A stretch of DNA of 64,000 bases from the human T2T-CHM13v2.0 reference genome, Homo sapiens (GCF_009914755.1 NC_060933.1); one strand, 5' to 3'. Positions 26,501 through 41,900 are shown, numbered from the stretch's first letter. Numbers and translations are program-made. The notes: generated by a model from the sequence alone, not told the origin.

Positions 26501-29500
26501 TCAGTGCAGAAATATGTCACAATGCCGCCAGTAGGCAGATAAAGACAAGTATTACATCACCTGTGTGATCACTTCAGAGATATGTCAAAATGCCCCTGTA
26601 GGCATAGCCTAGACAAGAGTCTCATCACCTGGGTGATCAGTGCAGAGTTATGTCACAATGCCTCCCTTTGGCAGAGCCTAGACAAAGGTTACATCACCTG
26701 GGTGATTGGGGCAGTGACATGTCACAATGCCACCTGTAAGCAGATCCCAGACACTAGTGGCATAACCTCGGTGATCAGTGCAGAGATATGTCTCAAAACA
26801 CCCTGTCGGGGAAGCCTATACAAGAGTTACATAATATCGGTGATCGGTGCAGTGATATGTTAACATGCCCCTGAAGGCAGAGCCTAGACAAGAGTTACAT
26901 CACCTGGGTGATCCGTGCAGAGATATCTCACAATAACCCTGTAAGCAGAGCCAAGACAACAGTTACATCACCAGCGAGATAAGTGCAGAGATATGTCATA
27001 AATCTCAAAGAAGGCAAAGCCTAGACAAGTTTTACATCACCTCAGCGAGCAGTGCAGCGATATTTCCCAATGTCCCTCTAGGCAGAGCTTAGACAAGAGT
27101 CACATGTCCTGGGTGATCAGTGCAGAGATAAGTAACAATGCCTCCATAGGAAGAGCCTAGACAAGAGTTACCTAACCCAGGTGATCCGAACAGAGTGATG
27201 TCACAACGCCCTCTGTAGGCACAGACTAGAAAACCGTTACATCACCTGGGTGATCATCGCAGAGATATGTCACAATGCCCCCTGTAGGCAGAGCATAGAC
27301 AAGAGTTGCACCACCTGGGTAATCAGTGCAGAGATATGTCACAATTTGCCCTGTAGTCAGAGCATAGAGAAACGTTGCATCACCTGGGTGATCAGTGCAG
27401 AGATATGTCACAATGTCCCCTGTAGGCAAAGGCTAGGCCGAGGGTTACATCGCGTTTGTCATCAGTGCAGGGATATGTGAAAACGACCCTGGAAGCAGGG
27501 CTTAGGCGACTGTTATATCCCCTAATGATCGGTGCAGAGATATTTCACAATACTCCTGTAGGCAGATCCTAGTCAAGAGTTGAATCACCTGGGTGGTCAG
27601 TGCAGAGATATGTCACAAAGCTCCTGTAGGCAGAACTTAGATGAGTTACATCACTTGGGTGATCAGGGCAAAGCTATGTCACACAGCCCACTGTATGCAA
27701 AGCCTAGACAATATTTACATCACTTACTTGGGTGATCAGTGGCGAGATCTCTTACAATTCCCCTGTAGGCAGAGCTTATACAACAGTTTCATCACCTGAG
27801 TGATCAGTGCAGAGGTATGTCACAATGCCCCCATAGGCAGATCCAAGACAAGAGTCCGTCACCTGGGTGATCAGAGTAGAGATATGTGAGAATTCCCGTG
27901 TAGGCAGAGCCTCGACAAGTTTTACATAACCTAGGTTATCAGTGCCACTATAAATCATAAAGAATCCTGTAGGCAGAGCATAGACAAGAGTACCCTCCCC
28001 AGAGTGATCAGTGCAGAGATGTGTCACAAAGCCCATGCAGGCAGAGCCTTGACAAGAGTTTCATCACTTGGTGGATCAGTTCACAGATGTGTCAAAATGT
28101 CCATGTAGGCAGGTCTAAGACAAGAGTCCATCACCCGGGTGATCAGTGAAGGGATATGTACTAATGTCCCCTGCAGTCAGTGCCTAGACAAGAGTTGCCT
28201 CACCTCAGAGATCAGTGCAGAGATATGTCACAAAGCCTCCTGTAGGCAAAGCCCATACAAGGCTCACATCTCCTAGGTGACCAATACAGTGATATGTCAC
28301 AAAAGTCCCTGAAGACAGAGCGTAGGAAAGAGTTACATCACCTGGTTTTTCAGCGCAGATACTTGACACAATGCCCCCATAGACAGAACCTAGACAAGAC
28401 TTCCATCACCTGGGTGATCAGTGCAGAGATATGTCACAAATCCCCCTGTAGGCAGAGTATAGAGAAGAGTCCCATCACCTGGGTGATCAGTGCAGTGATA
28501 TTTCACAAATCCCCTGTGGGCAGAGTGGTCAAGAGTTACATAACCTAGGTGGTCTGTGCAGAGCTATGTCAAAATGCCCCTGTAGGCAGAGCCCAGATAA
28601 ATGTTACATCACCTGGGAGATCAGTGCAGAGATACGTCACAATACCCCCTGTAGGTGGAGCCTAGAGAAGAGTTAGATCACCTGGGTGATCAGTGCAGAG
28701 ATACGTCACAATAACCCCTGTAGGTGGAGCCTAGACAAGAGTTACATCACCTGAGTGATCAGTACAGAAATATGTCACAAAGCCGCTGTAGGCCAAGCCT
28801 AGACAAGGGTTACATCTCCTGGGTGATCAGTGCAGAAATATGTCAGAAATCCCTGTAGGCCGACCCAAGACAAGAGTTACATCTCCTGGGTGATCAGTGC
28901 AAAGATATGTCACAAAGCCCCCTGCAGACATATCCCAGAAAATTGGTACATCACCTGGGCGATCAGTGGAGATATCTGTCACAATCCCCTTTAGGCGCAG
29001 CTTAGAGAAGCGTTACATCAGATGACTGATCAGTGCAGAGATATGTCGCTGTGCCCCCATAGGCAGATCCAAGACAGGAGTCCATCACCTGGCTGATCAG
29101 TGCAGAAATATGTCACAATGCCGCCAGTAGGCAGATAAAGACAAGTATTACATCACCTGTGTGATCACTTCAGAGATATGTCAAAATGCCCCTGTAGGCA
29201 TAGCCTAGACAAGAGTCTCATCACCTGGGTGATCAGTGCAGAGTTATGTCACAATGCCTCCCTTTGGCAGAGCCTAGACAAAGGTTACATCACCTGGGTG
29301 ATTGGGGCAGTGACATGTCACAATGCCACCTGTAAGCAGATCCCAGACACTAGTGGCATAACCTCGGTGATCAGTGCAGAGATATGTCTCAAAACACCCT
29401 GTCGGGGAAGCCTATACAAGAGTTACATAATATCGGTGATCGGTGCAGTGATATGTTAACATGCCCCTGAAGGCAGAGCCTAGACAAGAGTTACATCACC

Positions 29501-32500
29501 TGGGTGATCCGTGCAGAGATATCTCACAATAACCCTGTAAGCAGAGCCAAGACAACAGTTACATCACCAGCGAGATAAGTGCAGAGATATGTCATAAATC
29601 TCAAAGAAGGCAAAGCCTAGACAAGTTTTACATCACCTCAGCGAGCAGTGCAGTGATATTTCCCAATGTCCCTCTAGGCAGAGCTTAGACAAGAGTCACA
29701 TGTCCTGGGTGATCAGTGCAGAGATAAGTAACAATGCCTCCATAGGAAGAGCCTAGACAAGAGTTACCTAACCCAGGTGATCCGAACAGAGTGATGTCAC
29801 AACGCCCTCTGTAGGCACAGACTAGAAAACCGTTACATCACCTGGGTGATCATCGCAGAGATATGTCACAATGCCCCCTGTAGGCAGAGCATAGACAAGA
29901 GTTGCACCACCTGGGTAATCAGTGCAGAGATATGTCACAATTTGCCCTGTAGTCAGAGCATAGAGAAACGTTGCATCACCTGGGTGATCAGTGCAGAGAT
30001 ATGTCACAATGTCCCCTGTAGGCAAAGGCTAGGCCGAGGGTTACATCGCGTTTGTCATCAGTGCAGGGATATGTGAAAACGACCCTGGAGGCAGGGCTTA
30101 GGCGACTGTTATATCCCCTAATGATCGGTGCAGAGATATTTCACAATACTCCTGTAGGCAGATCCTAGTCAAGAGTTGAATCACCTGGGTGGTCAGTGCA
30201 GAGATATGTCACAAAGCTCCTGTAGGCAGAACTTAGATGAGTTACATCACTTGGGTGATCAGGGCAAAGCTATGTCACACAGCCCACTGTATGCAAAGCC
30301 TAGACAATATTTACATCACTTACTTGGGTGATCAGTGGCGAGATCTCTTACAATTCCCCTGTAGGCAGAGCTTATACAACAGTTTCATCACCTGAGTGAT
30401 CAGTGCAGAGGTATGTCACAATGCCCCCATAGGCAGATCCAAGACAAGAGTCCGTCACCTGGGTGATCAGAGTAGAGATATGTGAGAATTCCCGTGTAGG
30501 CAGAGCCTCGACAAGTTTTACATAACCTAGGTTATCAGTGCCACTATAAATCATAAAGAATCCTGTAGGCAGAGCATAGACAAGAGTACCCTCCCCAGAG
30601 TGATCAGTGCAGAGATGTGTCACAAAGCCCATGCAGGCAGAGCCTTGACAAGAGTTTCATCACTTGGTGGATCAGTTCACAGATGTGTCAAAATGTCCAT
30701 GTAGGCAGGTCTAAGACAAGAGTCCATCACCCGGGTGATCAGTGAAGGGATATGTACTAATGTCCCCTGCAGTCAGTGCCTAGACAAGAGTTGCCTCACC
30801 TCAGAGATCAGTGCAGAGATATGTCACAAAGCCTCCTGTAGGCAAAGCCCATACAAGGCTCACATCTCCTAGGTGACCAATACAGTGATATGTCACAAAA
30901 GTCCCTGAAGACAGAGCGTAGGAAAGAGTTACATCACCTGGTTTTTCAGCGCAGATACTTGACACAATGCCCCCATAGACAGAACCTAGACAAGACTTCC
31001 ATCACCTGGGTGATCAGTGCAGAGATATGTCACAAATCCCCCTGTAGGCAGAGTATAGAGAAGAGTCCCATCACCTGGGTGATCAGTGCAGTGATATTTC
31101 ACAAATCCCCTGTGGGCAGAGTGGTCAAGAGTTACATAACCTAGGTGGTCTGTGCAGAGCTATGTCAAAATGCCCCTGTAGGCAGAGCCCAGATAAATGT
31201 TACATCACCTGGGAGATCAGTGCAGAGATACGTCACAATACCCCCTGTAGGTGGAGCCTAGAGAAGAGTTAGATCACCTGGGTGATCAGTGCAGAGATAC
31301 GTCACAATAACCCCTGTAGGTGGAGCCTAGACAAGAGTTACATCACCTGAGTGATCAGTACAGAAATATGTCACAAAGCCGCTGTAGGCCAAGCCTAGAC
31401 AAGGGTTACATCTCCTGGGTGATCAGTGCAGAAATATGTCAGAAATCCCTGTAGGCCGACCCAAGACAAGAGTTACATCTCCTGGGTGATCAGTGCAAAG
31501 ATATGTCACAAAGCCCCCTGCAGACATATCCCAGAAAATTGGTACATCACCTGGGCGATCAGTGGAGATATCTGTCACAATCCCCTTTAGGCGCAGCTTA
31601 GAGAAGCGTTACATCAGATGACTGATCAGTGCAGAGATATGTCGCTGTGCCCCCATAGGCAGATCCAAGACAGGAGTCCATCACCTGGCTGATCAGTGCA
31701 GAAATATGTCACAATGCCGCCAGTAGGCAGATAAAGACAAGTATTACATCACCTGTGTGATCACTTCAGAGATATGTCAAAATGCCCCTGTAGGCATAGC
31801 CTAGACAAGAGTCTCATCACCTGGGTGATCAGTGCAGAGTTATGTCACAATGCCTCCCTTTGGCAGAGCCTAGACAAAGGTTACATCACCTGGGTGATTG
31901 GGGCAGTGACATGTCACAATGCCACCTGTAAGCAGATCCCAGACACTAGTGGCATAACCTCGGTGATCAGTGCAGAGATATGTCTCAAAACACCCTGTCG
32001 GGGAAGCCTATACAAGAGTTACATAATATCGGTGATCGGTGCAGTGATATGTTAACATGCCCCTGAAGGCAGAGCCTAGACAAGAGTTACATCACCTGGG
32101 TGATCCGTGCAGAGATATCTCACAATAACCCTGTAAGCAGAGCCAAGACAACAGTTACATCACCAGCGAGATAAGTGCAGAGATATGTCATAAATCTCAA
32201 AGAAGGCAAAGCCTAGACAAGTTTTACATCACCTCAGCGAGCAGTGCAGCGATATTTCCCAATGTCCCTCTAGGCAGAGCTTAGACAAGAGTCACATGTC
32301 CTGGGTGATCAGTGCAGAGATAAGTAACAATGCCTCCATAGGAAGAGCCTAGACAAGAGTTACCTAACCCAGGTGATCCGAACAGAGTGATGTCACAACG
32401 CCCTCTGTAGGCACAGACTAGAAAACCGTTACATCACCTGGGTGATCATCGCAGAGATATGTCACAATGCCCCCTGTAGGCAGAGCATAGACAAGAGTTG

Positions 32501-35500
32501 CACCACCTGGGTAATCAGTGCAGAGATATGTCACAATTTGCCCTGTAGTCAGAGCATAGAGAAACGTTGCATCACCTGGGTGATCAGTGCAGAGATATGT
32601 CACAATGTCCCCTGTAGGCAAAGGCTAGGCCGAGGGTTACATCGCGTTTGTCATCAGTGCAGGGATATGTGAAAACGACCCTGGAAGCAGGGCTTAGGCG
32701 ACTGTTATATCCCCTAATGATCGGTGCAGAGATATTTCACAATACTCCTGTAGGCAGATCCTAGTCAAGAGTTGAATCACCTGGGTGGTCAGTGCAGAGA
32801 TATGTCACAAAGCTCCTGTAGGCAGAACTTAGATGAGTTACATCACTTGGGTGATCAGGGCAAAGCTATGTCACACAGCCCACTGTATGCAAAGCCTAGA
32901 CAATATTTACATCACTTACTTGGGTGATCAGTGGCGAGATCTCTTACAATTCCCCTGTAGGCAGAGCTTATACAACAGTTTCATCACCTGAGTGATCAGT
33001 GCAGAGGTATGTCACAATGCCCCCATAGGCAGATCCAAGACAAGAGTCCGTCACCTGGGTGATCAGAGTAGAGATATGTGAGAATTCCCGTGTAGGCAGA
33101 GCCTCGACAAGTTTTACATAACCTAGGTTATCAGTGCCACTATAAATCATAAAGAATCCTGTAGGCAGAGCATAGACAAGAGTACCCTCCCCAGAGTGAT
33201 CAGTGCAGAGATGTGTCACAAAGCCCATGCAGGCAGAGCCTTGACAAGAGTTTCATCACTTGGTGGATCAGTTCACAGATGTGTCAAAATGTCCATGTAG
33301 GCAGGTCTAAGACAAGAGTCCATCACCCGGGTGATCAGTGAAGGGATATGTACTAATGTCCCCTGCAGTCAGTGCCTAGACAAGAGTTGCCTCACCTCAG
33401 AGATCAGTGCAGAGATATGTCACAAAGCCTCCTGTAGGCAAAGCCCATACAAGGCTCACATCTCCTAGGTGACCAATACAGTGATATGTCACAAAAGTCC
33501 CTGAAGACAGAGCGTAGGAAAGAGTTACATCACCTGGTTTTTCAGCGCAGATACTTGACACAATGCCCCCATAGACAGAACCTAGACAAGACTTCCATCA
33601 CCTGGGTGATCAGTGCAGAGATATGTCACAAATCCCCCTGTAGGCAGAGTATAGAGAAGAGTCCCATCACCTGGGTGATCAGTGCAGTGATATTTCACAA
33701 ATCCCCTGTGGGCAGAGTGGTCAAGAGTTACATAACCTAGGTGGTCTGTGCAGAGCTATGTCAAAATGCCCCTGTAGGCAGAGCCCAGATAAATGTTACA
33801 TCACCTGGGAGATCAGTGCAGAGATACGTCACAATACCCCCTGTAGGTGGAGCCTAGAGAAGAGTTAGATCACCTGGGTGATCAGTGCAGAGATACGTCA
33901 CAATAACCCCTGTAGGTGGAGCCTAGACAAGAGTTACATCACCTGAGTGATCAGTACAGAAATACGTCACAAAGCCGCTGTAGGCCAAGCCTAGACAAGG
34001 GTTACATCTCCTGGGTGATCAGTGCAGAAATATGTCAGAAATCCCTGTAGGCCGACCCAAGACAAGAGTTACATCTCCTGGGTGATCAGTGCAAAGATAT
34101 GTCACAAAGCCCCCTGCAGACATATCCCAGAAAATTGGTACATCACCTGGGCGATCAGTGGAGATATCTGTCACAATCCCCTTTAGGCGCAGCTTAGAGA
34201 AGCGTTACATCAGATGACTGATCAGTGCAGAGATATGTCGCTGTGCCCCCATAGGCAGATCCAAGACAGGAGTCCATCACCTGGCTGATCAGTGCAGAAA
34301 TATGTCACAATGCCGCCAGTAGGCAGATAAAGACAAGTATTACATCACCTGTGTGATCACTTCAGAGATATGTCAAAATGCCCCTGTAGGCATAGCCTAG
34401 ACAAGAGTCTCATCACCTGGGTGATCAGTGCAGAGTTATGTCACAATGCCTCCCTTTGGCAGAGCCTAGACAAAGGTTACATCACCTGGGTGATTGGGGC
34501 AGTGACATGTCACAATGCCACCTGTAAGCAGATCCCAGACACTAGTGGCATAACCTCGGTGATCAGTGCAGAGATATGTCTCAAAACACCCTGTCGGGGA
34601 AGCCTATACAAGAGTTACATAATATCGGTGATCGGTGCAGTGATATGTTAACATGCCCCTGAAGGCAGAGCCTAGACAAGAGTTACATCACCTGGGTGAT
34701 CCGTGCAGAGATATCTCACAATAACCCTGTAAGCAGAGCCAAGACAACAGTTACATCACCAGCGAGATAAGTGCAGAGATATGTCATAAATCTCAAAGAA
34801 GGCAAAGCCTAGACAAGTTTTACATCACCTCAGCGAGCAGTGCAGCGATATTTCCCAATGTCCCTCTAGGCAGAGCTTAGACAAGAGTCACATGTCCTGG
34901 GTGATCAGTGCAGAGATAAGTAACAATGCCTCCATAGGAAGAGCCTAGACAAGAGTTACCTAACCCAGGTGATCCGAACAGAGTGATGTCACAACGCCCT
35001 CTGTAGGCACAGACTAGAAAACCGTTACATCACCTGGGTGATCATCGCAGAGATATGTCACAATGCCCCCTGTAGGCAGAGCATAGACAAGAGTTGCACC
35101 ACCTGGGTAATCAGTGCAGAGATATGTCACAATTTGCCCTGTAGTCAGAGCATAGAGAAACGTTGCATCACCTGGGTGATCAGTGCAGAGATATGTCACA
35201 ATGTCCCCTGTAGGCAAAGGCTAGGCCGAGGGTTACATCGCGTTTGTCATCAGTGCAGGGATATGTGAAAACGACCCTGGAAGCAGGGCTTAGGCGACTG
35301 TTATATCCCCTAATGATCGGTGCAGAGATATTTCACAATACTCCTGTAGGCAGATCCTAGTCAAGAGTTGAATCACCTGGGTGGTCAGTGCAGAGATATG
35401 TCACAAAGCTCCTGTAGGCAGAACTTAGATGAGTTACATCACTTGGGTGATCAGGGCAAAGCTATGTCACACAGCCCACTGTATGCAAAGCCTAGACAAT

Positions 35501-38500
35501 ATTTACATCACTTACTTGGGTGATCAGTGGCGAGATCTCTTACAATTCCCCTGTAGGCAGAGCTTATACAACAGTTTCATCACCTGAGTGATCAGTGCAG
35601 AGGTATGTCACAATGCCCCCATAGGCAGATCCAAGACAAGAGTCCGTCACCTGGGTGATCAGAGTAGAGATATGTGAGAATTCCCGTGTAGGCAGAGCCT
35701 CGACAAGTTTTACATAACCTAGGTTATCAGTGCCACTATAAATCATAAAGAATCCTGTAGGCAGAGCATAGACAAGAGTACCCTCCCCAGAGTGATCAGT
35801 GCAGAGATGTGTCACAAAGCCCATGCAGGCAGAGCCTTGACAAGAGTTTCATCACTTGGTGGATCAGTTCACAGATGTGTCAAAATGTCCATGTAGGCAG
35901 GTCTAAGACAAGAGTCCATCACCCGGGTGATCAGTGAAGGGATATGTACTAATGTCCCCTGCAGTCAGTGCCTAGACAAGAGTTGCCTCACCTCAGAGAT
36001 CAGTGCAGAGATATGTCACAAAGCCTCCTGTAGGCAAAGCCCATACAAGGCTCACATCTCCTAGGTGACCAATACAGTGATATGTCACAAAAGTCCCTGA
36101 AGACAGAGCGTAGGAAAGAGTTACATCACCTGGTTTTTCAGCGCAGATACTTGACACAATGCCCCCATAGACAGAACCTAGACAAGACTTCCATCACCTG
36201 GGTGATCAGTGCAGAGATATGTCACAAATCCCCCTGTAGGCAGAGTATAGAGAAGAGTCCCATCACCTGGGTGATCAGTGCAGTGATATTTCACAAATCC
36301 CCTGTGGGCAGAGTGGTCAAGAGTTACATAACCTAGGTGGTCTGTGCAGAGCTATGTCAAAATGCCCCTGTAGGCAGAGCCCAGATAAATGTTACATCAC
36401 CTGGGAGATCAGTGCAGAGATACGTCACAATACCCCCTGTAGGTGGAGCCTAGAGAAGAGTTAGATCACCTGGGTGATCAGTGCAGAGATACGTCACAAT
36501 AACCCCTGTAGGTGGAGCCTAGACAAGAGTTACATCACCTGAGTGATCAGTACAGAAATATGTCACAAAGCCGCTGTAGGCCAAGCCTAGACAAGGGTTA
36601 CATCTCCTGGGTGATCAGTGCAGAAATATGTCAGAAATCCCTGTAGGCCGACCCAAGACAAGAGTTACATCTCCTGGGTGATCAGTGCAAAGATATGTCA
36701 CAAAGCCCCCTGCAGACATATCCCAGAAAATTGGTACATCACCTGGGCGATCAGTGGAGATATCTGTCACAATCCCCTTTAGGCGCAGCTTAGAGAAGCG
36801 TTACATCAGATGACTGATCAGTGCAGAGATATGTCGCTGTGCCCCCATAGGCAGATCCAAGACAGGAGTCCATCACCTGGCTGATCAGTGCAGAAATATG
36901 TCACAATGCCGCCAGTAGGCAGATAAAGACAAGTATTACATCACCTGTGTGATCACTTCAGAGATATGTCAAAATGCCCCTGTAGGCATAGCCTAGACAA
37001 GAGTCTCATCACCTGGGTGATCAGTGCAGAGTTATGTCACAATGCCTCCCTTTGGCAGAGCCTAGACAAAGGTTACATCACCTGGGTGATTGGGGCAGTG
37101 ACATGTCACAATGCCACCTGTAAGCAGATCCCAGACACTAGTGGCATAACCTCGGTGATCAGTGCAGAGATATGTCTCAAAACACCCTGTCGGGGAAGCC
37201 TATACAAGAGTTACATAATATCGGTGATCGGTGCAGTGATATGTTAACATGCCCCTGAAGGCAGAGCCTAGACAAGAGTTACATCACCTGGGTGATCCGT
37301 GCAGAGATATCTCACAATAACCCTGTAAGCAGAGCCAAGACAACAGTTACATCACCAGCGAGATAAGTGCAGAGATATGTCATAAATCTCAAAGAAGGCA
37401 AAGCCTAGACAAGTTTTACATCACCTCAGCGAGCAGTGCAGCGATATTTCCCAATGTCCCTCTAGGCAGAGCTTAGACAAGAGTCACATGTCCTGGGTGA
37501 TCAGTGCAGAGATAAGTAACAATGCCTCCATAGGAAGAGCCTAGACAAGAGTTACCTAACCCAGGTGATCCGAACAGAGTGATGTCACAACGCCCTCTGT
37601 AGGCACAGACTAGAAAACCGTTACATCACCTGGGTGATCATCGCAGAGATATGTCACAATGCCCCCTGTAGGCAGAGCATAGACAAGAGTTGCACCACCT
37701 GGGTAATCAGTGCAGAGATATGTCACAATTTGCCCTGTAGTCAGAGCATAGAGAAACGTTGCATCACCTGGGTGATCAGTGCAGAGATATGTCACAATGT
37801 CCCCTGTAGGCAAAGGCTAGGCCGAGGGTTACATCGCGTTTGTCATCAGTGCAGGGATATGTGAAAACGACCCTGGAAGCAGGGCTTAGGCGACTGTTAT
37901 ATCCCCTAATGATCGGTGCAGAGATATTTCACAATACTCCTGTAGGCAGATCCTAGTCAAGAGTTGAATCACCTGGGTGGTCAGTGCAGAGATATGTCAC
38001 AAAGCTCCTGTAGGCAGAACTTAGATGAGTTACATCACTTGGGTGATCAGGGCAAAGCTATGTCACACAGCCCACTGTATGCAAAGCCTAGACAATATTT
38101 ACATCACTTACTTGGGTGATCAGTGGCGAGATCTCTTACAATTCCCCTGTAGGCAGAGCTTATACAACAGTTTCATCACCTGAGTGATCAGTGCAGAGGT
38201 ATGTCACAATGCCCCCATAGGCAGATCCAAGACAAGAGTCCGTCACCTGGGTGATCAGAGTAGAGATATGTGAGAATTCCCGTGTAGGCAGAGCCTCGAC
38301 AAGTTTTACATAACCTAGGTTATCAGTGCCACTATAAATCATAAAGAATCCTGTAGGCAGAGCATAGACAAGAGTACCCTCCCCAGAGTGATCAGTGCAG
38401 AGATGTGTCACAAAGCCCATGCAGGCAGAGCCTTGACAAGAGTTTCATCACTTGGTGGATCAGTTCACAGATGTGTCAAAATGTCCATGTAGGCAGGTCT

Positions 38501-38940
38501 AAGACAAGAGTCCATCACCCGGGTGATCAGTGAAGGGATATGTACTAATGTCCCCTGCAGTCAGTGCCTAGACAAGAGTTGCCTCACCTCAGAGATCAGT
38601 GCAGAGATATGTCACAAAGCCTCCTGTAGGCAAAGCCCATACAAGGCTCACATCTCCTAGGTGACCAATACAGTGATATGTCACAAAAGTCCCTGAAGAC
38701 AGAGCGTAGGAAAGAGTTACATCACCTGGTTTTTCAGCGCAGATACTTGACACAATGCCCCCATAGACAGAACCTAGACAAGACTTCCATCACCTGGGTG
38801 ATCAGTGCAGAGATATGTCACAAATCCCCCTGTAGGCAGAGTATAGAGAAGAGTCCCATCACCTGGGTGATCAGTGCAGTGATATTTCACAAATCCCCTG
38901 TGGGCAGAGTGGTCAAGAGTTACATAACCTAGGTGGTCTG

Positions 38941-41900
38941 TGCAGAGCTATGTCAAAATGCCCCTGTAGGCAGAGCCCAGATAAATGTTACATCACCTGG
39001 GAGATCAGTGCAGAGATACGTCACAATACCCCCTGTAGGTGGAGCCTAGAGAAGAGTTAGATCACCTGGGTGATCAGTGCAGAGATACGTCACAATAACC
39101 CCTGTAGGTGGAGCCTAGACAAGAGTTACATCACCTGAGTGATCAGTACAGAAATATGTCACAAAGCCGCTGTAGGCCAAGCCTAGACAAGGGTTACATC
39201 TCCTGGGTGATCAGTGCAGAAATATGTCAGAAATCCCTGTAGGCCGACCCAAGACAAGAGTTACATCTCCTGGGTGATCAGTGCAAAGATATGTCACAAA
39301 GCCCCCTGCAGACATATCCCAGAAAATTGGTACATCACCTGGGCGATCAGTGGAGATATCTGTCACAATCCCCTTTAGGCGCAGCTTAGAGAAGCGTTAC
39401 ATCAGATGACTGATCAGTGCAGAGATATGTCGCTGTGCCCCCATAGGCAGATCCAAGACAGGAGTCCATCACCTGGCTGATCAGTGCAGAAATATGTCAC
39501 AATGCCGCCAGTAGGCAGATAAAGACAAGTATTACATCACCTGTGTGATCACTTCAGAGATATGTCAAAATGCCCCTGTAGGCATAGCCTAGACAAGAGT
39601 CTCATCACCTGGGTGATCAGTGCAGAGTTATGTCACAATGCCTCCCTTTGGCAGAGCCTAGACAAAGGTTACATCACCTGGGTGATTGGGGCAGTGACAT
39701 GTCACAATGCCACCTGTAAGCAGATCCCAGACACTAGTGGCATAACCTCGGTGATCAGTGCAGAGATATGTCTCAAAACACCCTGTCGGGGAAGCCTATA
39801 CAAGAGTTACATAATATCGGTGATCGGTGCAGTGATATGTTAACATGCCCCTGAAGGCAGAGCCTAGACAAGAGTTACATCACCTGGGTGATCCGTGCAG
39901 AGATATCTCACAATAACCCTGTAAGCAGAGCCAAGACAACAGTTACATCACCAGCGAGATAAGTGCAGAGATATGTCATAAATCTCAAAGAAGGCAAAGC
40001 CTAGACAAGTTTTACATCACCTCAGCGAGCAGTGCAGCGATATTTCCCAATGTCCCTCTAGGCAGAGCTTAGACAAGAGTCACATGTCCTGGGTGATCAG
40101 TGCAGAGATAAGTAACAATGCCTCCATAGGAAGAGCCTAGACAAGAGTTACCTAACCCAGGTGATCCGAACAGAGTGATGTCACAACGCCCTCTGTAGGC
40201 ACAGACTAGAAAACCGTTACATCACCTGGGTGATCATCGCAGAGATATGTCACAATGCCCCCTGTAGGCAGAGCATAGACAAGAGTTGCACCACCTGGGT
40301 AATCAGTGCAGAGATATGTCACAATTTGCCCTGTAGTCAGAGCATAGAGAAACGTTGCATCACCTGGGTGATCAGTGCAGAGATATGTCACAATGTCCCC
40401 TGTAGGCAAAGGCTAGGCCGAGGGTTACATCGCGTTTGTCATCAGTGCAGGGATATGTGAAAACGACCCTGGAGGCAGGGCTTAGGCGACTGTTATATCC
40501 CCTAATGATCGGTGCAGAGATATTTCACAATACTCCTGTAGGCAGATCCTAGTCAAGAGTTGAATCACCTGGGTGGTCAGTGCAGAGATATGTCACAAAG
40601 CTCCTGTAGGCAGAACTTAGATGAGTTACATCACTTGGGTGATCAGGGCAAAGCTATGTCACACAGCCCACTGTATGCAAAGCCTAGACAATATTTACAT
40701 CACTTACTTGGGTGATCAGTGGCGAGATCTCTTACAATTCCCCTGTAGGCAGAGCTTATACAACAGTTTCATCACCTGAGTGATCAGTGCAGAGGTATGT
40801 CACAATGCCCCCATAGGCAGATCCAAGACAAGAGTCCGTCACCTGGGTGATCAGAGTAGAGATATGTGAGAATTCCCGTGTAGGCAGAGCCTCGACAAGT
40901 TTTACATAACCTAGGTTATCAGTGCCACTATAAATCATAAAGAATCCTGTAGGCAGAGCATAGACAAGAGTACCCTCCCCAGAGTGATCAGTGCAGAGAT
41001 GTGTCACAAAGCCCATGCAGGCAGAGCCTTGACAAGAGTTTCATCACTTGGTGGATCAGTTCACAGATGTGTCAAAATGTCCATGTAGGCAGGTCTAAGA
41101 CAAGAGTCCATCACCCGGGTGATCAGTGAAGGGATATGTACTAATGTCCCCTGCAGTCAGTGCCTAGACAAGAGTTGCCTCACCTCAGAGATCAGTGCAG
41201 AGATATGTCACAAAGCCTCCTGTAGGCAAAGCCCATACAAGGCTCACATCTCCTAGGTGACCAATACAGTGATATGTCACAAAAGTCCCTGAAGACAGAG
41301 CGTAGGAAAGAGTTACATCACCTGGTTTTTCAGCGCAGATACTTGACACAATGCCCCCATAGACAGAACCTAGACAAGACTTCCATCACCTGGGTGATCA
41401 GTGCAGAGATATGTCACAAATCCCCCTGTAGGCAGAGTATAGAGAAGAGTCCCATCACCTGGGTGATCAGTGCAGTGATATTTCACAAATCCCCTGTGGG
41501 CAGAGTGGTCAAGAGTTACATAACCTAGGTGGTCTGTGCAGAGCTATGTCAAAATGCCCCTGTAGGCAGAGCCCAGATAAATGTTACATCACCTGGGAGA
41601 TCAGTGCAGAGATACGTCACAATACCCCCTGTAGGTGGAGCCTAGAGAAGAGTTAGATCACCTGGGTGATCAGTGCAGAGATACGTCACAATAACCCCTG
41701 TAGGTGGAGCCTAGACAAGAGTTACATCACCTGAGTGATCAGTACAGAAATATGTCACAAAGCCGCTGTAGGCCAAGCCTAGACAAGGGTTACATCTCCT
41801 GGGTGATCAGTGCAGAAATATGTCAGAAATCCCTGTAGGCCGACCCAAGACAAGAGTTACATCTCCTGGGTGATCAGTGCAAAGATATGTCACAAAGCCC

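Larger units (their letters stand above)
1..36344 (+). repeat. Two copies of a 7-HOR (18,172-bp) super-repeat inside the array; boundaries approximate
   Basis: Variant alleles recur at an exact 18,172-bp offset: G at 6726/24898, T at 11482/29654, G at 11918/30090, C at 15793/33965. The match fails at 22302 (A) versus 40474 (G). Confidence 0.8.
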
